A stretch of DNA of 64,000 bases, taken from NCBI GenBank assembly GCA_963707955.1, contig OY970176.1, positions 288,001-352,000 of the forward strand. The letters are read 5' to 3'. This DNA comes from Candidatus Bathyarchaeota archaeon (lineage in GTDB: Archaea; Thermoproteota; Bathyarchaeia; Bathyarchaeales; Bathycorpusculaceae). The stretch's first letter is position 1. Each line of letters starts with the position of its first letter. Both the position numbers and the translations under genes were made by a program. The notes below the pieces were generated by a model, which saw nothing but the letters and a program-made list of their open reading frames with translations, was not told the origin of the DNA and did not search any database. Positions 1-8,600 of the stretch are shown here, piece after piece.

Positions 1-255
1 AAGAAAGAGGTTTAACGGCTCCTTCGTGTATGCGCTGAGGCCTGTTTTCAAGACCAGGTTGCTCGTCATCCTGTCGTGTTTCACTGTTCGCCCGATGTGC
101 TGCATGAACTTGCTTTCCAGCTCTGGGTCAACGGCTAACACGTCGCCTGCTTTGAGTCCTCCGAGTTCCTTCAGTTTTTCAAGGTTGAAGAGAGAATCCG
201 TCCGGCGCGCTAAGTCTTCCGGAACCGCAAAATCTTTATGCTGTTCGTGACTCAT
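1..255 (-). CDS. N-terminal part of probable viral P-loop helicase/replication ATPase (runs off window)
   Basis: Not in ORF track. ATG at 255 opens MSHEQHKDFAVPEDL...KTGLSAYTKEPLNLFL; PLNLFL resembles the strand preceding a Walker A motif, which would lie outside the window. Confidence 0.5.
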   Translation of the reverse strand, partial: MSHEQHKDFAVPEDLARRTDSLFNLEKLKELGGLKAGDVLAVDPELESKFMQHIGRTVKHDRMTSNLVLKTGLSAYTKEPLNLFL

Positions 256-366
256 GTTTGATTGCTCCTAGAGTTGTTCTGTGGGCGTGGGGGAGGCGAG
301 GCTTCCAACGGAGAAGAAAACAAGTGAACTTCGCGCCTCCCAGGTTTCCACGCATTCCACGATGGT

Positions 367-717
367 TCACTGCGCCTTTTTACGTCCGATTTTCGTTCCG
401 TCAGTGAATTTCCACACGAAATAGGGCCCTACTCGCATTTTCCCCTTGTGCTCGGCGAGAATTCTCGTGAGCTCTTGGAACACGGGGTTTGTCGGGTCGT
501 CAGCCTGCTCGTAGGGGCCCTTGGAGCCGTCGGCCGCCTGCCAGGGGATGCGTGACAGATCTAGTTCGCTCTTTCCTTTGGCTCCGGCAGCAGATCCTGC
601 TGCAGGCTCTTTCTGCAATCCTTGAAGCTGGGCTACTTCATGCTTGACCTTGACAGCTGCTGCCTCGAGCGCGTCAGCCAGGTCGACGAGGATCTCGAGG
701 GCTTTGTCGCTACTCAT
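367..717 (-). CDS. Hypothetical viral protein
   Basis: 116-aa ORF overlapping the stop of the upstream RHH gene (ATGA). Confidence 0.7.
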   Translation of the reverse strand: MSSDKALEILVDLADALEAAAVKVKHEVAQLQGLQKEPAAGSAAGAKGKSELDLSRIPWQAADGSKGPYEQADDPTNPVFQELTRILAEHKGKMRVGPYFVWKFTDGTKIGRKKAQ

Positions 718-902
718 GCCTTGGGGCCCTCCTGGAAGATTCTTTTGTATAAGTCAGGGGCGTCGCGTTGAATTTTCTCGCGGATAGCGTCGCGGATGAG
801 ATCGCTCTCGTTCATGTGAGAGTCGAGCGCTACGAACTGTTCCATGAGCTTTTTCAGAGTGTGGGGAACGCGCGCGTTGATTCTAATTTCGTTTTCTGCC
901 AT
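714..902 (-). CDS. Ribbon-helix-helix (CopG/Arc-like) regulator
   Basis: MAENEIRINARVPHTLKKLMEQFVALDSHMNESDLIRDAIREKI fits the RHH pattern; divergent from 956-1603. Confidence 0.8.
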   Translation of the reverse strand: MAENEIRINARVPHTLKKLMEQFVALDSHMNESDLIRDAIREKIQRDAPDLYKRIFQEGPKA

Positions 903-955
903 ATGTATTTCCTTCGTACGACAAAGGTAAGTCATAAATACTTAAAACCTCTTAA

Positions 956-1603
956 TTGAGGGTTAGGAGATTCTACATGGCAAAGCTCAAACTGTGGAAA
1001 ACGTTAGCAGAAGAAACGTTCAAGTGGATAGAAAATCAGAAAAAGTTGAAGAGGCCAGGAAGACGCGAAGAAGAAAGCGAAACAGAGGAGGGCAGGAGAA
1101 AGCAGCACTGGTACAAGATTCGAGAAACTGCTAAGGCAGAGATCCTCGATCTGAAGAGACTTGCTGACATTCTGCCTGAAGACCAGCTGCAGCAAATCTT
1201 CAATGAAAAAAACCTGTGCAGCCCAGACGAAAAAGGCAGACCAAGCCTCTTCCAGGTACTATTCAGCTTCTCCGAAGAGCATGGAGTACACGTTGGTACG
1301 TGGGTGGAAGACAAAGTAGTGAAAGGAGAGCAGAATAAGATTAGTTTGACGGCTGACGCCTTGAAGAGAAGGGTCCGGATCCTGGAACTATCACGCGCCA
1401 TCATAGAGATGCTCGACGGCGATATTCCTAATCTTTCTGGCCCGTTAGCACCAGCGTTTCACGACGTCACTCTCCGAGAAGGGGGAGCGCTACCACACCT
1501 ACGAGCAATTTACTATGCTTCACTCCGACAGGCTCAGGAAGAAGGCCTCGCTCAAGCAAGAAAGAGTTCCAAAGAGGCTCCGGCCTCCAGAGAACGTATC
1601 TAG
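956..1603 (+). CDS. Hypothetical protein, divergent from RHH gene (possible regulator)
   Basis: 215-aa ORF; likely start ATG 977 with AGGAG upstream. Confidence 0.65.
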   Translation: MRVRRFYMAKLKLWKTLAEETFKWIENQKKLKRPGRREEESETEEGRRKQHWYKIRETAKAEILDLKRLADILPEDQLQQIFNEKNLCSPDEKGRPSLFQVLFSFSEEHGVHVGTWVEDKVVKGEQNKISLTADALKRRVRILELSRAIIEMLDGDIPNLSGPLAPAFHDVTLREGGALPHLRAIYYASLRQAQEEGLAQARKSSKEAPASRERI

Positions 1604-1689
1604 ACGTTCCCAGACCGTCTGCAGAGGCTTCCAGACCCTCTCCAGAGGGGGTTTCAACGCTTTTGGCAACATGAAAAAGGCGAATTTCA

Positions 1690-1891
1690 GAGCCCTCCGA
1701 TTCGAGGGATCCAGCCCTCGGAATAGGACCCAAAATCCTGAAAATTGACCCTTTCTGGTCAATCCGTGCACCTCTGAATCAGAGGTGGAAAGTTCAACAT
1801 TATGTCGCGCGACATAATGTTAGCTGGCTAAGCTGTCGATCGGGGGAGCCCCCTCGAAATCAGAGGTAGAGCATGCCGTAATCAGAGGGGG
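1690..1891. repeat. Left cluster of TC(A/G)GAGG motifs and consecutive inverted repeats
   Basis: ATTGACC/GGTCAAT IR at 1744-1763; CACCTCTGA-A-TCAGAGGTG at 1769-1787; 26-bp palindrome at 1796-1821; AATCAGAGG at ~1778, 1858, 1880. Confidence 0.85.
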
Positions 1892-1922
1892 AACTTCGCG
1901 CTCGCGCTCTTGAAACAGGGCT

Positions 1923-2093
1923 TCAATTCCAAAGCCTCGCGAAACAGTCGACACAGTAGTATCTGGTTCGCTGTGAGCCTTTCCCGTAATGTCCAAGATG
2001 GCGCCAAACCTGCTGTTTCATTTCCAGACTTCGTCCACATGACCGGCAGCTTGCGTCCTTTCGATGAAGAATGACAAGTGAGAAAGCGGGCAA
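1923..2093 (-). CDS. Small zinc-finger protein (56 aa)
   Basis: Not in ORF track. TTG start: MPAFSLVILHRKDASCRSCGRSLEMKQQVWRHLGHYGKGSQRTRYYCVDCFARLWN, two CxxC motifs. Confidence 0.7.
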   Translation of the reverse strand: MPAFSLVILHRKDASCRSCGRSLEMKQQVWRHLGHYGKGSQRTRYYCVDCFARLWN

Positions 2094-2163
2094 GTCTAGG
2101 CCCTCAGACAGAAATAGAAGATAGTTCTATATGTCTTTTTCTGAACCTATAACAATCTTGCTT

Positions 2164-2394
2164 TCACTTCTGCAGCGTTCCGGTTCCTCTGCCGTCACTC
2201 AACACCTCTCCCTTCTCATAATCCGCTGCACAGGGGATGAAGACCTTGAAAACTTGACCTGCGCAAGCGGCGATATCAGAGGGGGAGAGAACGTTAACTG
2301 TCTCACCGCGCTGCCGGTCTGAAAAAGCACTTTCAAGGACCAGGCGTTTGATGAATCTCCTCTGTTGTGCTTCTTTGCTGTGTCGATTGACCAT
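2164..2394 (-). CDS. Hypothetical protein
   Basis: 76-aa ORF co-oriented with the element operon. Confidence 0.4.
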   Translation of the reverse strand: MVNRHSKEAQQRRFIKRLVLESAFSDRQRGETVNVLSPSDIAACAGQVFKVFIPCAADYEKGEVLSDGRGTGTLQK

Positions 2395-2463
2395 TGAAGA
2401 AAAGCTTTCTGAGTTCTAGGAAGATAAGATTTGTCTACGAAGGCGTGTCAAAACGTGCCCATT

Positions 2464-2715
2464 CTAGAGATATCTTCTGCTCTTCAACTGGCTTCTAAGT
2501 TTTCCGTAGTCTTCAACGAACCTGCGCGCGCGGTCATAACGGTTTCGAAGCCTGAAGAGCATATTCCTGGCAGAGACGTATTCCATGTGTGTCTGCGATG
2601 CAGCATAACGGAGGGGACTAGTGTGCTTGTCCTTGATGGCTTGAAGCAGGACGTCGACTAACTGTTTCTCTCGCATGGTCAGTCCGACATGAGAACGCTC
2701 ACTCAAAATGTACAC
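2464..2715 (-). CDS. Small basic HTH-like protein
   Basis: LTMREKQLV...LRYAASQTHMEYVSARNMLFRLR resembles a helix-turn-helix; GGGGGTG RBS-like sequence upstream. Confidence 0.6.
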   Translation of the reverse strand: MYILSERSHVGLTMREKQLVDVLLQAIKDKHTSPLRYAASQTHMEYVSARNMLFRLRNRYDRARRFVEDYGKLRSQLKSRRYL

Positions 2716-2825
2716 CCCCTTTCTGCTCTCTAATTAAGGTGACAAGTACCTCGTTTGACGTTTGCATGTCACTCAAACAGAGAAACGTCCCCTCCTCTGA
2801 GTCGGGGTAGTAGGGGCAAACAGTC

Positions 2826-3599
2826 TCAGTTGATAGTAGCATGCTCTACCTCCATTTTGACTATTGGCTTGAAACGACAGCCGAGGGCGTACTCAGGGAC
2901 CGTCCCGGCGTACTTGCACACGTTGACGATGCTGCAGTCACTGCAAGGTCCAGAACATGCTTTTAATTTGCCCTCTGCTAAGGGCCCGTTCATGACTTCG
3001 TCGTATGCCGATTGAACGTCCTCGAAATAGACGAGCCTAGCCAGGTAGAACTGAGTGTACGCAAGGCTCTTATGGCGAAGGATCCTGCGGAGAACTTCAA
3101 GGCTTTTCCCGCTCTGATGCCACTCTGCAGCGAAGAAATGTCTCAAGATCCGAGGATTGAAATCGTCGACGCCAGCGTCTTTAGCTATCGTTCGCGCTCG
3201 GATCCAGACCGTCGCTGTGCGCAGGGGGTTTTCGCTGCGTATGTACTTCCAGCTTCTTTGCTGCCTGAAAACGTAACCCTCTGACCTTTTCCCAGCGAGG
3301 GCCCTGATGAACTCCAACGTCACCGGGTCCAACGGCAACGGATACAGCTTCTTCCGTTTGCTATCCAGAACCTGGAAGGTTCTGCTTTCAAAGTCAATGT
3401 TCTCTATTCTGAGGGTGCAGATCTCCCCGGTGCGAAGGCCTATCTTCATTGGCAATCGAATGAGCAGGTAATCCCTGGGTTCGCAGTTTGCCCGCGCGTA
3501 ATCGTGCACGCTGATGATGTCACTGCGTTTGATTATGAGAGTTTCCCGCGGCTCGCCTAGGGGCCCCTCTGAGTATTGCGGACTTGCATTCAAGGTCAT
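2826..3599 (-). CDS. Tyrosine recombinase/integrase (Xer-like catalytic domain) with Cys-rich C-terminal tail
   Basis: GLRTGE, SK, NPRILRHFFA, ILRHKS, TQFY motifs; tail CSGPCSDCSIVNVC...C. Confidence 0.9.
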   Translation of the reverse strand: MTLNASPQYSEGPLGEPRETLIIKRSDIISVHDYARANCEPRDYLLIRLPMKIGLRTGEICTLRIENIDFESRTFQVLDSKRKKLYPLPLDPVTLEFIRALAGKRSEGYVFRQQRSWKYIRSENPLRTATVWIRARTIAKDAGVDDFNPRILRHFFAAEWHQSGKSLEVLRRILRHKSLAYTQFYLARLVYFEDVQSAYDEVMNGPLAEGKLKACSGPCSDCSIVNVCKYAGTVPEYALGCRFKPIVKMEVEHATIN

Positions 3600-3850
3600 G
3601 TTTTCGGCGCCTCCGTTCTCGGCAGCTGCTCGAGCTCCGTCCTCGTCTGTCTGATCATCTCCTGGATTTCCTGCTCTAGCCCCTGGAGATGCTTGAGTTT
3701 TGTTTCCAGGGCCCTTCGCTGAGTCCTAAGCGTTCCAGCTCTGCCGAGGTAGACTTCAGACTTGTGGCCGCTGCCGTCGTAGGTCCAGAAGTACTTGTAC
3801 GTGTGGCCTTTAACCGTCTTGTCCAGGAAGCCGAAGGTAAACTGGGTCAC
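3596..3850 (-). CDS. Small DNA-binding protein with KGHTYKY...VYLG beta motif plus coiled coil (integrase accessory/excisionase candidate)
   Basis: Motif resembles the N-terminal domain of SSV-type integrases; coupled to the recombinase by ATGA overlap. Confidence 0.55.
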   Translation of the reverse strand: MTQFTFGFLDKTVKGHTYKYFWTYDGSGHKSEVYLGRAGTLRTQRRALETKLKHLQGLEQEIQEMIRQTRTELEQLPRTEAPKT

Positions 3851-4122
3851 TGCGTCACTTCTCCTCTGAGTGATGCCCGGAAGGCCCTCAGGTCCTCTCG
3901 TAGCTGCGCAGCCTCTGCGTCTTCGATCGTGATTTGACCTTTCAAGGTAAGCTTAGAGTTCATAACGCGCTGGGAACTTTGTCCTTTCACATGACCGCAC
4001 TTCGGGCACTTGAGGCCCTCCTCTGTCAGAGTCCACCTGTCCAGCTCTGAGGTGATTCTGCATGCCTCGCAGACCCTGCCGATGTACTTCGTCATGTTGA
4101 TTCTTCTCGTGTAAGTCCTCAT
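3847..4122 (-). CDS. Zinc-ribbon protein
   Basis: CEAC...CPKC. Confidence 0.7.
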   Translation of the reverse strand: MRTYTRRINMTKYIGRVCEACRITSELDRWTLTEEGLKCPKCGHVKGQSSQRVMNSKLTLKGQITIEDAEAAQLREDLRAFRASLRGEVTQ

Positions 4123-4270
4123 GAGTTATCCCCATTTAGGTATAATAGCTTAGCTGGATATAAAGGTTATCCCTGAATGTCGATAACCCTCTGACCATCA
4201 AACCGAGGAGCCTCCAACCCCCAGAATTCGTGTTTTCAGAGGAAAAGTAAGTACACATGTGCTCAGATCT

Positions 4271-4630
4271 CTAACTTCTGTAGGTTTCAATCGGAGGCGC
4301 CTCGCCAGTGCTGGTAGGGCCCCGGTTTGAATCAGGACCCCCCTCGGAAACTGGACTTTTCTGTCCGATTGTAAGCACTTCTCGTCTTCTGTTCTCCTGG
4401 TACTTTGACTTCTGTAGTGTGACCGTGCCCTTGCTCTTGGCCAGGTGCGCCTCGAGGAAGTCGCCTTCTTTCCAGCCGAGGGTGCAAAGCCATTTCTGGG
4501 GAAGAGTCACGGCCTCAGCGTTTCCGGACCTGCGGATCTTCACTGTCCGCCTCATGTCTATGTCTGCTAACAGTCGGTCCACGTTGGCGCCGTACTCTTT
4601 CTTGAAGAGTTTACTTAGCTCGCCCTTCAA
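4271..4630 (-). CDS. AbrB/MazE/SpoVT-family DNA-binding protein
   Basis: TVKIRRSGNAEAVTLPQKWLCTLGWKEGDFL; TTG start at 4630 overlaps the upstream stop. Confidence 0.8.
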   Translation of the reverse strand: MKGELSKLFKKEYGANVDRLLADIDMRRTVKIRRSGNAEAVTLPQKWLCTLGWKEGDFLEAHLAKSKGTVTLQKSKYQENRRREVLTIGQKSPVSEGGPDSNRGPTSTGEAPPIETYRS

Positions 4631-5028
4631 GTCTCCTGAGCCCCCTGCAGCTTCTTCGCTTCTTCCTCTGAGGTTTTCCTGAGTTTCCTCTGATCGACCT
4701 TGCTCAAAAGTGTCGCATTGATTACGTAGAGTTCTCCTTCGTTCCAGACCACTTGGTTCATCACCATATCTGTGTGCGTGACTTGGCATATCGCACGAGC
4801 CCGGAGGTATTTGCCAGTATCTACCGTACGAATCTGGCTGTACTTGCCTGACTTCTTAATATCAAACCAAAGCTTGTCGCCACGGCTGGCCCACATATTG
4901 AGTTTTTTCATGAGCTTAGAGATTTCCTCGTCTGAGCAGTGCTTCCCTATGGAGAACACGACGAAGCAACTTCTGGGAATCATCCCTTTTCTTGCCTTTA
5001 AGAACACCGGCTCCTGATTTGTTGACAA
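4627..5028 (-). CDS. Hypothetical viral protein
   Basis: 133-aa ORF in operon; IPRSCFVVF resembles IPRSAFILF in the upstream ORF. Confidence 0.65.
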   Translation of the reverse strand: MSTNQEPVFLKARKGMIPRSCFVVFSIGKHCSDEEISKLMKKLNMWASRGDKLWFDIKKSGKYSQIRTVDTGKYLRARAICQVTHTDMVMNQVVWNEGELYVINATLLSKVDQRKLRKTSEEEAKKLQGAQET

Positions 5029-5030
5029 CT

Positions 5031-5492
5031 CTAGTGGGCCCCCTGCAGCTTCTCGACCTGCAGCCTGTCAAGCCTCGTCTCGTTGATCAGGATCACTTCC
5101 CCAGCTGAGCGCTCACCGGATGTCGACACGAAGATATCTTCGTGCTTGTGCGTCCATTCTTTGAGTTTGTCCCATTCGCCCGGAGGTAGAGTGAAGAGGA
5201 TGAAGGCGCTGCGAGGTATGTGGAACTCTCTATGTTCTACGAAGGGGTGCTTGGCCTTGGGGCCCGTCTTCTGGACAGCTGCGCGCATAAGATGGCTAAC
5301 TGCCTCTGATATCCCTCCTGGATAGTGCGGGTAGACAACGCGGTCCTGGAAGTCTTGAAGCAAGTCCTTTGAAACCGTGCAGCAGACCAGTGCCTCTCCT
5401 TTTAAACTGTTCTTCTCTGCTTCTTCAATGAGTCTGCGGGTTCCGGCTGCAACTTCATGTACGAGGTCGCTCTGACTTGTTTGTTTTTCCAA
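5031..5492 (-). CDS. Protein with internal RHH-like segment
   Basis: VCCTVSKDLLQDFQDRV...GISEAVSHLMRAAV. Confidence 0.6.
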   Translation of the reverse strand: MEKQTSQSDLVHEVAAGTRRLIEEAEKNSLKGEALVCCTVSKDLLQDFQDRVVYPHYPGGISEAVSHLMRAAVQKTGPKAKHPFVEHREFHIPRSAFILFTLPPGEWDKLKEWTHKHEDIFVSTSGERSAGEVILINETRLDRLQVEKLQGAH

Positions 5493-5596
5493 CTCTTACA
5501 CGTCCCGCTTCTCATGTATCTGTGCAAATGCTATATAAGGCTTTACGAAGTATTACTAAGTTGCATAAAGTCTTAAAGAGTTATGGAGGTAGCAGA

Positions 5597-5773
5597 ATGG
5601 TGTTGGAAGTTTTGGAAATGGTGAGAGCCCGAGTTTTTGCCACGATCCGCGAGGACCTTCTCAGCTGGGTCGATGACCAGGTCAAGAGCGGGAGGTTCCG
5701 GAACCGGAGCCATGCGCTCGAGTATGGCTTGATCAAACTGCGAGAGTCAGATCAGAAACGCGGGGGGGAATAG
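5597..5773 (+). CDS. Ribbon-helix-helix regulator
   Basis: VFATIREDLLSWVDDQVKSGRFRNRSHALEYGL; GGAGG RBS at ~5585. Confidence 0.85.
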   Translation: MVLEVLEMVRARVFATIREDLLSWVDDQVKSGRFRNRSHALEYGLIKLRESDQKRGGE

Positions 5774-5778
5774 AAAGC

Positions 5779-6159
5779 ATGAGCAAGAACGAATTTACGA
5801 CAGTCTCAAAGTTGTGGGATCCACCTCGGCCGACGACGCTGCAACAGAGGTGGGAACGCTGGCTCAGGGACAACTCGTACGGCAACGGAAGCGAACATGC
5901 CAGAAGGTTCCCGGTTGATGGGACGGTCCGCTTCTTTTATGACCCGAATCCAGTGACTTTGAAGGTCGGCGACAACGTTGTCCTCGGCTTAGATGAGGCC
6001 GTGCAGCCTGTCCGACTCCTGGTTAATGCTACTTTCAACAAGGTCAGCGGCGACGGGGGCGTAAAAGTGACTGTTGAAAAGGCCACTTTGAAAGAGCTTG
6101 GGCTTGATGAAAAATCACTCAACATCCTCGTGCGACGGATTCTTGCAGGAGGTGACTAA
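5779..6159 (+). CDS. Hypothetical viral protein
   Basis: 126-aa ORF in operon with the protease gene. Confidence 0.7.
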   Translation: MSKNEFTTVSKLWDPPRPTTLQQRWERWLRDNSYGNGSEHARRFPVDGTVRFFYDPNPVTLKVGDNVVLGLDEAVQPVRLLVNATFNKVSGDGGVKVTVEKATLKELGLDEKSLNILVRRILAGGD

Positions 6160-6161
6160 GG

Positions 6162-6965
6162 ATGGTCAGTAAAGACTTTTCACTGAAGTTCGTAATCCCT
6201 TTCAACGCTGACAAGGTTGACTCACAGTTAGCCATCAGGGAGCGCCTTCTCAACATAGAAGGCGTCGCGATTGATACAAGCGTCAACGCGAACAAGTGGC
6301 AAATCCCGCCTGAGGACTTGGACTATTTCACGGCGACGTTGAAGGGGGCTCAGCTGCGCGTCGATCACGCTGAAAGCGCGCTTGCAGTCATCGGCATCGT
6401 GCCTGAAGCGAGGCGGGTTGGCAGCCAGGTTGTCTTTCGCGCAGAGATTGGCGACGCTGCATTAATAGAAAAAATCCTACGTGGCTACATCAGCAATGTG
6501 AGCGCACAAGTGGACTCTGATAACGTTGAATGCTCAAAGTGCTTGAAGCAAACGCGGAAAGAAGGCATGCTCATCCACCTCTGCCCGGGCGCTTGGGAAA
6601 TCGTCCATAAACCCAAAGTCAGAGAACTTAGTATCGTCGCCAGCCCGGCATATGAGAAGACGAAGTTCCTGCCAGTTGGCTTCGCGCAAGCTATGGATGC
6701 GTCGCAGTCGCAGAAGTTCAGTGCCGAAGTCGGCAATCCAATGCAGCCGTTGACGAAAGGGATTCTGGTTTTAAAGCTAAAACTGCTGACAAGGGAAGTG
6801 GAACGTCAAGACATAGCTGCAAGAATAGCTGCTATTGACTCTCAACTAGCTGAGTGGGATTTAGAGAGCACTGCTAAGCCACTGCATAAATATGAAGCTA
6901 AGAGACAGCAAAGACCTCAAACCTTCATGGACGAACTACACGCTGCAGTTAACACGCGACCGTAA
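6162..6965 (+). CDS. Prohead (capsid maturation) protease-like protein with C-terminal coiled coil
   Basis: IEGVAIDTSVNAN, LRVDH...VIG, NVSAQ, ELSIVASPAY: HK97/assemblin-fold protease motifs; GGAGGTGA RBS. Confidence 0.8.
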   Translation: MVSKDFSLKFVIPFNADKVDSQLAIRERLLNIEGVAIDTSVNANKWQIPPEDLDYFTATLKGAQLRVDHAESALAVIGIVPEARRVGSQVVFRAEIGDAALIEKILRGYISNVSAQVDSDNVECSKCLKQTRKEGMLIHLCPGAWEIVHKPKVRELSIVASPAYEKTKFLPVGFAQAMDASQSQKFSAEVGNPMQPLTKGILVLKLKLLTREVERQDIAARIAAIDSQLAEWDLESTAKPLHKYEAKRQQRPQTFMDELHAAVNTRP

Positions 6966-6992
6966 CTGACAGCATGCTTGGAGGTGAAAACT

Positions 6993-7118
6993 ATGTCAAA
7001 AAAGACTCATCGGTTTGATTGGGATGGTACGCCGAAAAAAGAGGAGCCGCTACAAGAATCCCTCGGTGGTCCCGGCGGCCCAGGCGTGTTCAACCGAAGC
7101 AAAAAGCGCAGGCAGTAG
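6993..7118 (+). CDS. Small hypothetical protein (41 aa)
   Basis: Not in ORF track; GGAGGTGA RBS, MSKKTHRFDWDG...KKRRQ. Confidence 0.55.
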   Translation: MSKKTHRFDWDGTPKKEEPLQESLGGPGGPGVFNRSKKRRQ

Positions 7119-7128
7119 GTGAAGCTGG

Positions 7129-7437
7129 ATGTCAGAACAAAAGGTGTTCAACCCCAAAGAGTTCGCCAAGGAGAGCCAGGCACTGAAGGAGGTCTACGAT
7201 CCTGACATGGGCCTAATCAGGTATCGCCCTCTGCTCTTCAATGATTTGGCTGCACTTGAGAAGGCCGGAACAAAGGCAGAGAGAAGTCAGCTGGCACTTT
7301 TCACGATGCTGAAAGCTGGCTGTCTGGACTTGACTCTTGAGCAGGTGGGACAGTTTGAATTGAGGAAGGCTGCATTATTGCTCAAGCGCATAGCCGGAGA
7401 CCTGGTGCCCGCGCTGAGAGAATTCGGGTTGGAATAG
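7129..7437 (+). CDS. Hypothetical protein, possibly tail-assembly-chaperone-like
   Basis: 102 aa, IRYRPL..DL pattern, position in a morphogenesis-like operon. Confidence 0.4.
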   Translation: MSEQKVFNPKEFAKESQALKEVYDPDMGLIRYRPLLFNDLAALEKAGTKAERSQLALFTMLKAGCLDLTLEQVGQFELRKAALLLKRIAGDLVPALREFGLE

Positions 7438-7446
7438 GCGAGAAAG

Positions 7447-8490
7447 ATGCTGTTATGTGAACCGGAAAGAAACCTGAGCGCTGAGCAGAGCCTCATTAAT
7501 GATACTAACTTGTACGGAGCTAACTCAACGTCGTTCGGGACGATCCATGACTATGGTAACATTACGGTTCCAGCTGGCGGAAGCTTAGTCGCCTTCAGTC
7601 TTGAAACCCTGCTTGCCCACATCAGCTTCATAAACGGGGCCGTCCTCGCCATCCAAGTTGGCAGTCTCAAATACGTCGCAGGCTACTATTACGACAACAA
7701 CGGCCCAGACGAGAAGCACCTCGGCGCGCTGATTTGGCTTTCAGCAGGAACCTACGATATCTCTGTCGTTGGTCTTGTTCCGGACATAACGGAAACCGTG
7801 GAAATATATAACATGAAGGTTGGCCTTGTCCAGTTCAACGATGTCCAGCCGTCAGCACTAGCATACTACACGGCAGCGACAAACTCGATACAGCTTACAG
7901 TTCCAAATCGGACGTTGCCAGTCGGAAGCTTGAACCAGGCAGTATTCGCCATTAACATCTGCACAAGCGGAACCCTAGGGTCAACATTCGTCTTGACTGT
8001 AGACGGCGTTGCTCACACTGATATGGATGAGTCAAGCTGGCTCGAATATCCAGGGATCCAGCAGGTTAATGGGTATGACATCTACAAGTTTTACATTCCA
8101 CTTTCAGTCGGAGTCCAGCACACGATCGGCATCGCACTTTCAGGCGGCGCCGTCGCTTACGCCTCCGTAATCGCGTGCCCATGGATATGCGCCCTCGCAG
8201 GAAGACGACACAACCCTCTCAAGCTGAGCTTCTCGCAGCTGAGCACTTTCTACGTTGACATTGGCAGTCTCTTCAATAATGGAGCAAAAAACTGCTACAT
8301 AGGCGCGCAAAAAGCCATTTCATACGGAGCAGCCGATTACGGTCCTACTGCATCGCAGACGAGTACTGGCGGGATGCTTTCCTTCAGCTACACCTTCACA
8401 GCCGTAAGCGTGTCAGCCTCTTCCTTCGTCGTAGACTCAAACAGTGTTCTCGGCAGCTGCATCGAAAACATCGCGGTGGACATTCAATAG
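7447..8490 (+). CDS. Beta-rich virion/tail-fibre-like structural protein
   Basis: 347 aa rich in G/S/T/Y/V/I, few charged residues; last gene of the operon. Confidence 0.55.
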   Translation: MLLCEPERNLSAEQSLINDTNLYGANSTSFGTIHDYGNITVPAGGSLVAFSLETLLAHISFINGAVLAIQVGSLKYVAGYYYDNNGPDEKHLGALIWLSAGTYDISVVGLVPDITETVEIYNMKVGLVQFNDVQPSALAYYTAATNSIQLTVPNRTLPVGSLNQAVFAINICTSGTLGSTFVLTVDGVAHTDMDESSWLEYPGIQQVNGYDIYKFYIPLSVGVQHTIGIALSGGAVAYASVIACPWICALAGRRHNPLKLSFSQLSTFYVDIGSLFNNGAKNCYIGAQKAISYGAADYGPTASQTSTGGMLSFSYTFTAVSVSASSFVVDSNSVLGSCIENIAVDIQ

Positions 8491-8499
8491 GAAGCATGA

Positions 8500-8600
8500 A
8501 CAGAGGCGACCTAACGTCTAATCAGAGGGGGTTCTCCCTCGAATCAGAGGCGCGCCCTCGAATGTGAACTCAATCAGAGGACGAGTCCAATCGGAGGGGC
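8500..8600. repeat. Right cluster of AATC(A/G)GAGG motifs
   Basis: Copies at ~8520, 8542, 8572, 8589; TAATCAGAGGGGG at 8519-8531 is identical to 1879-1891. Confidence 0.85.

Noticed and set aside
1690-1891. CRISPR array
   Set aside because: Repeats are ~9 bp, irregularly spaced and in both orientations; no cas genes.
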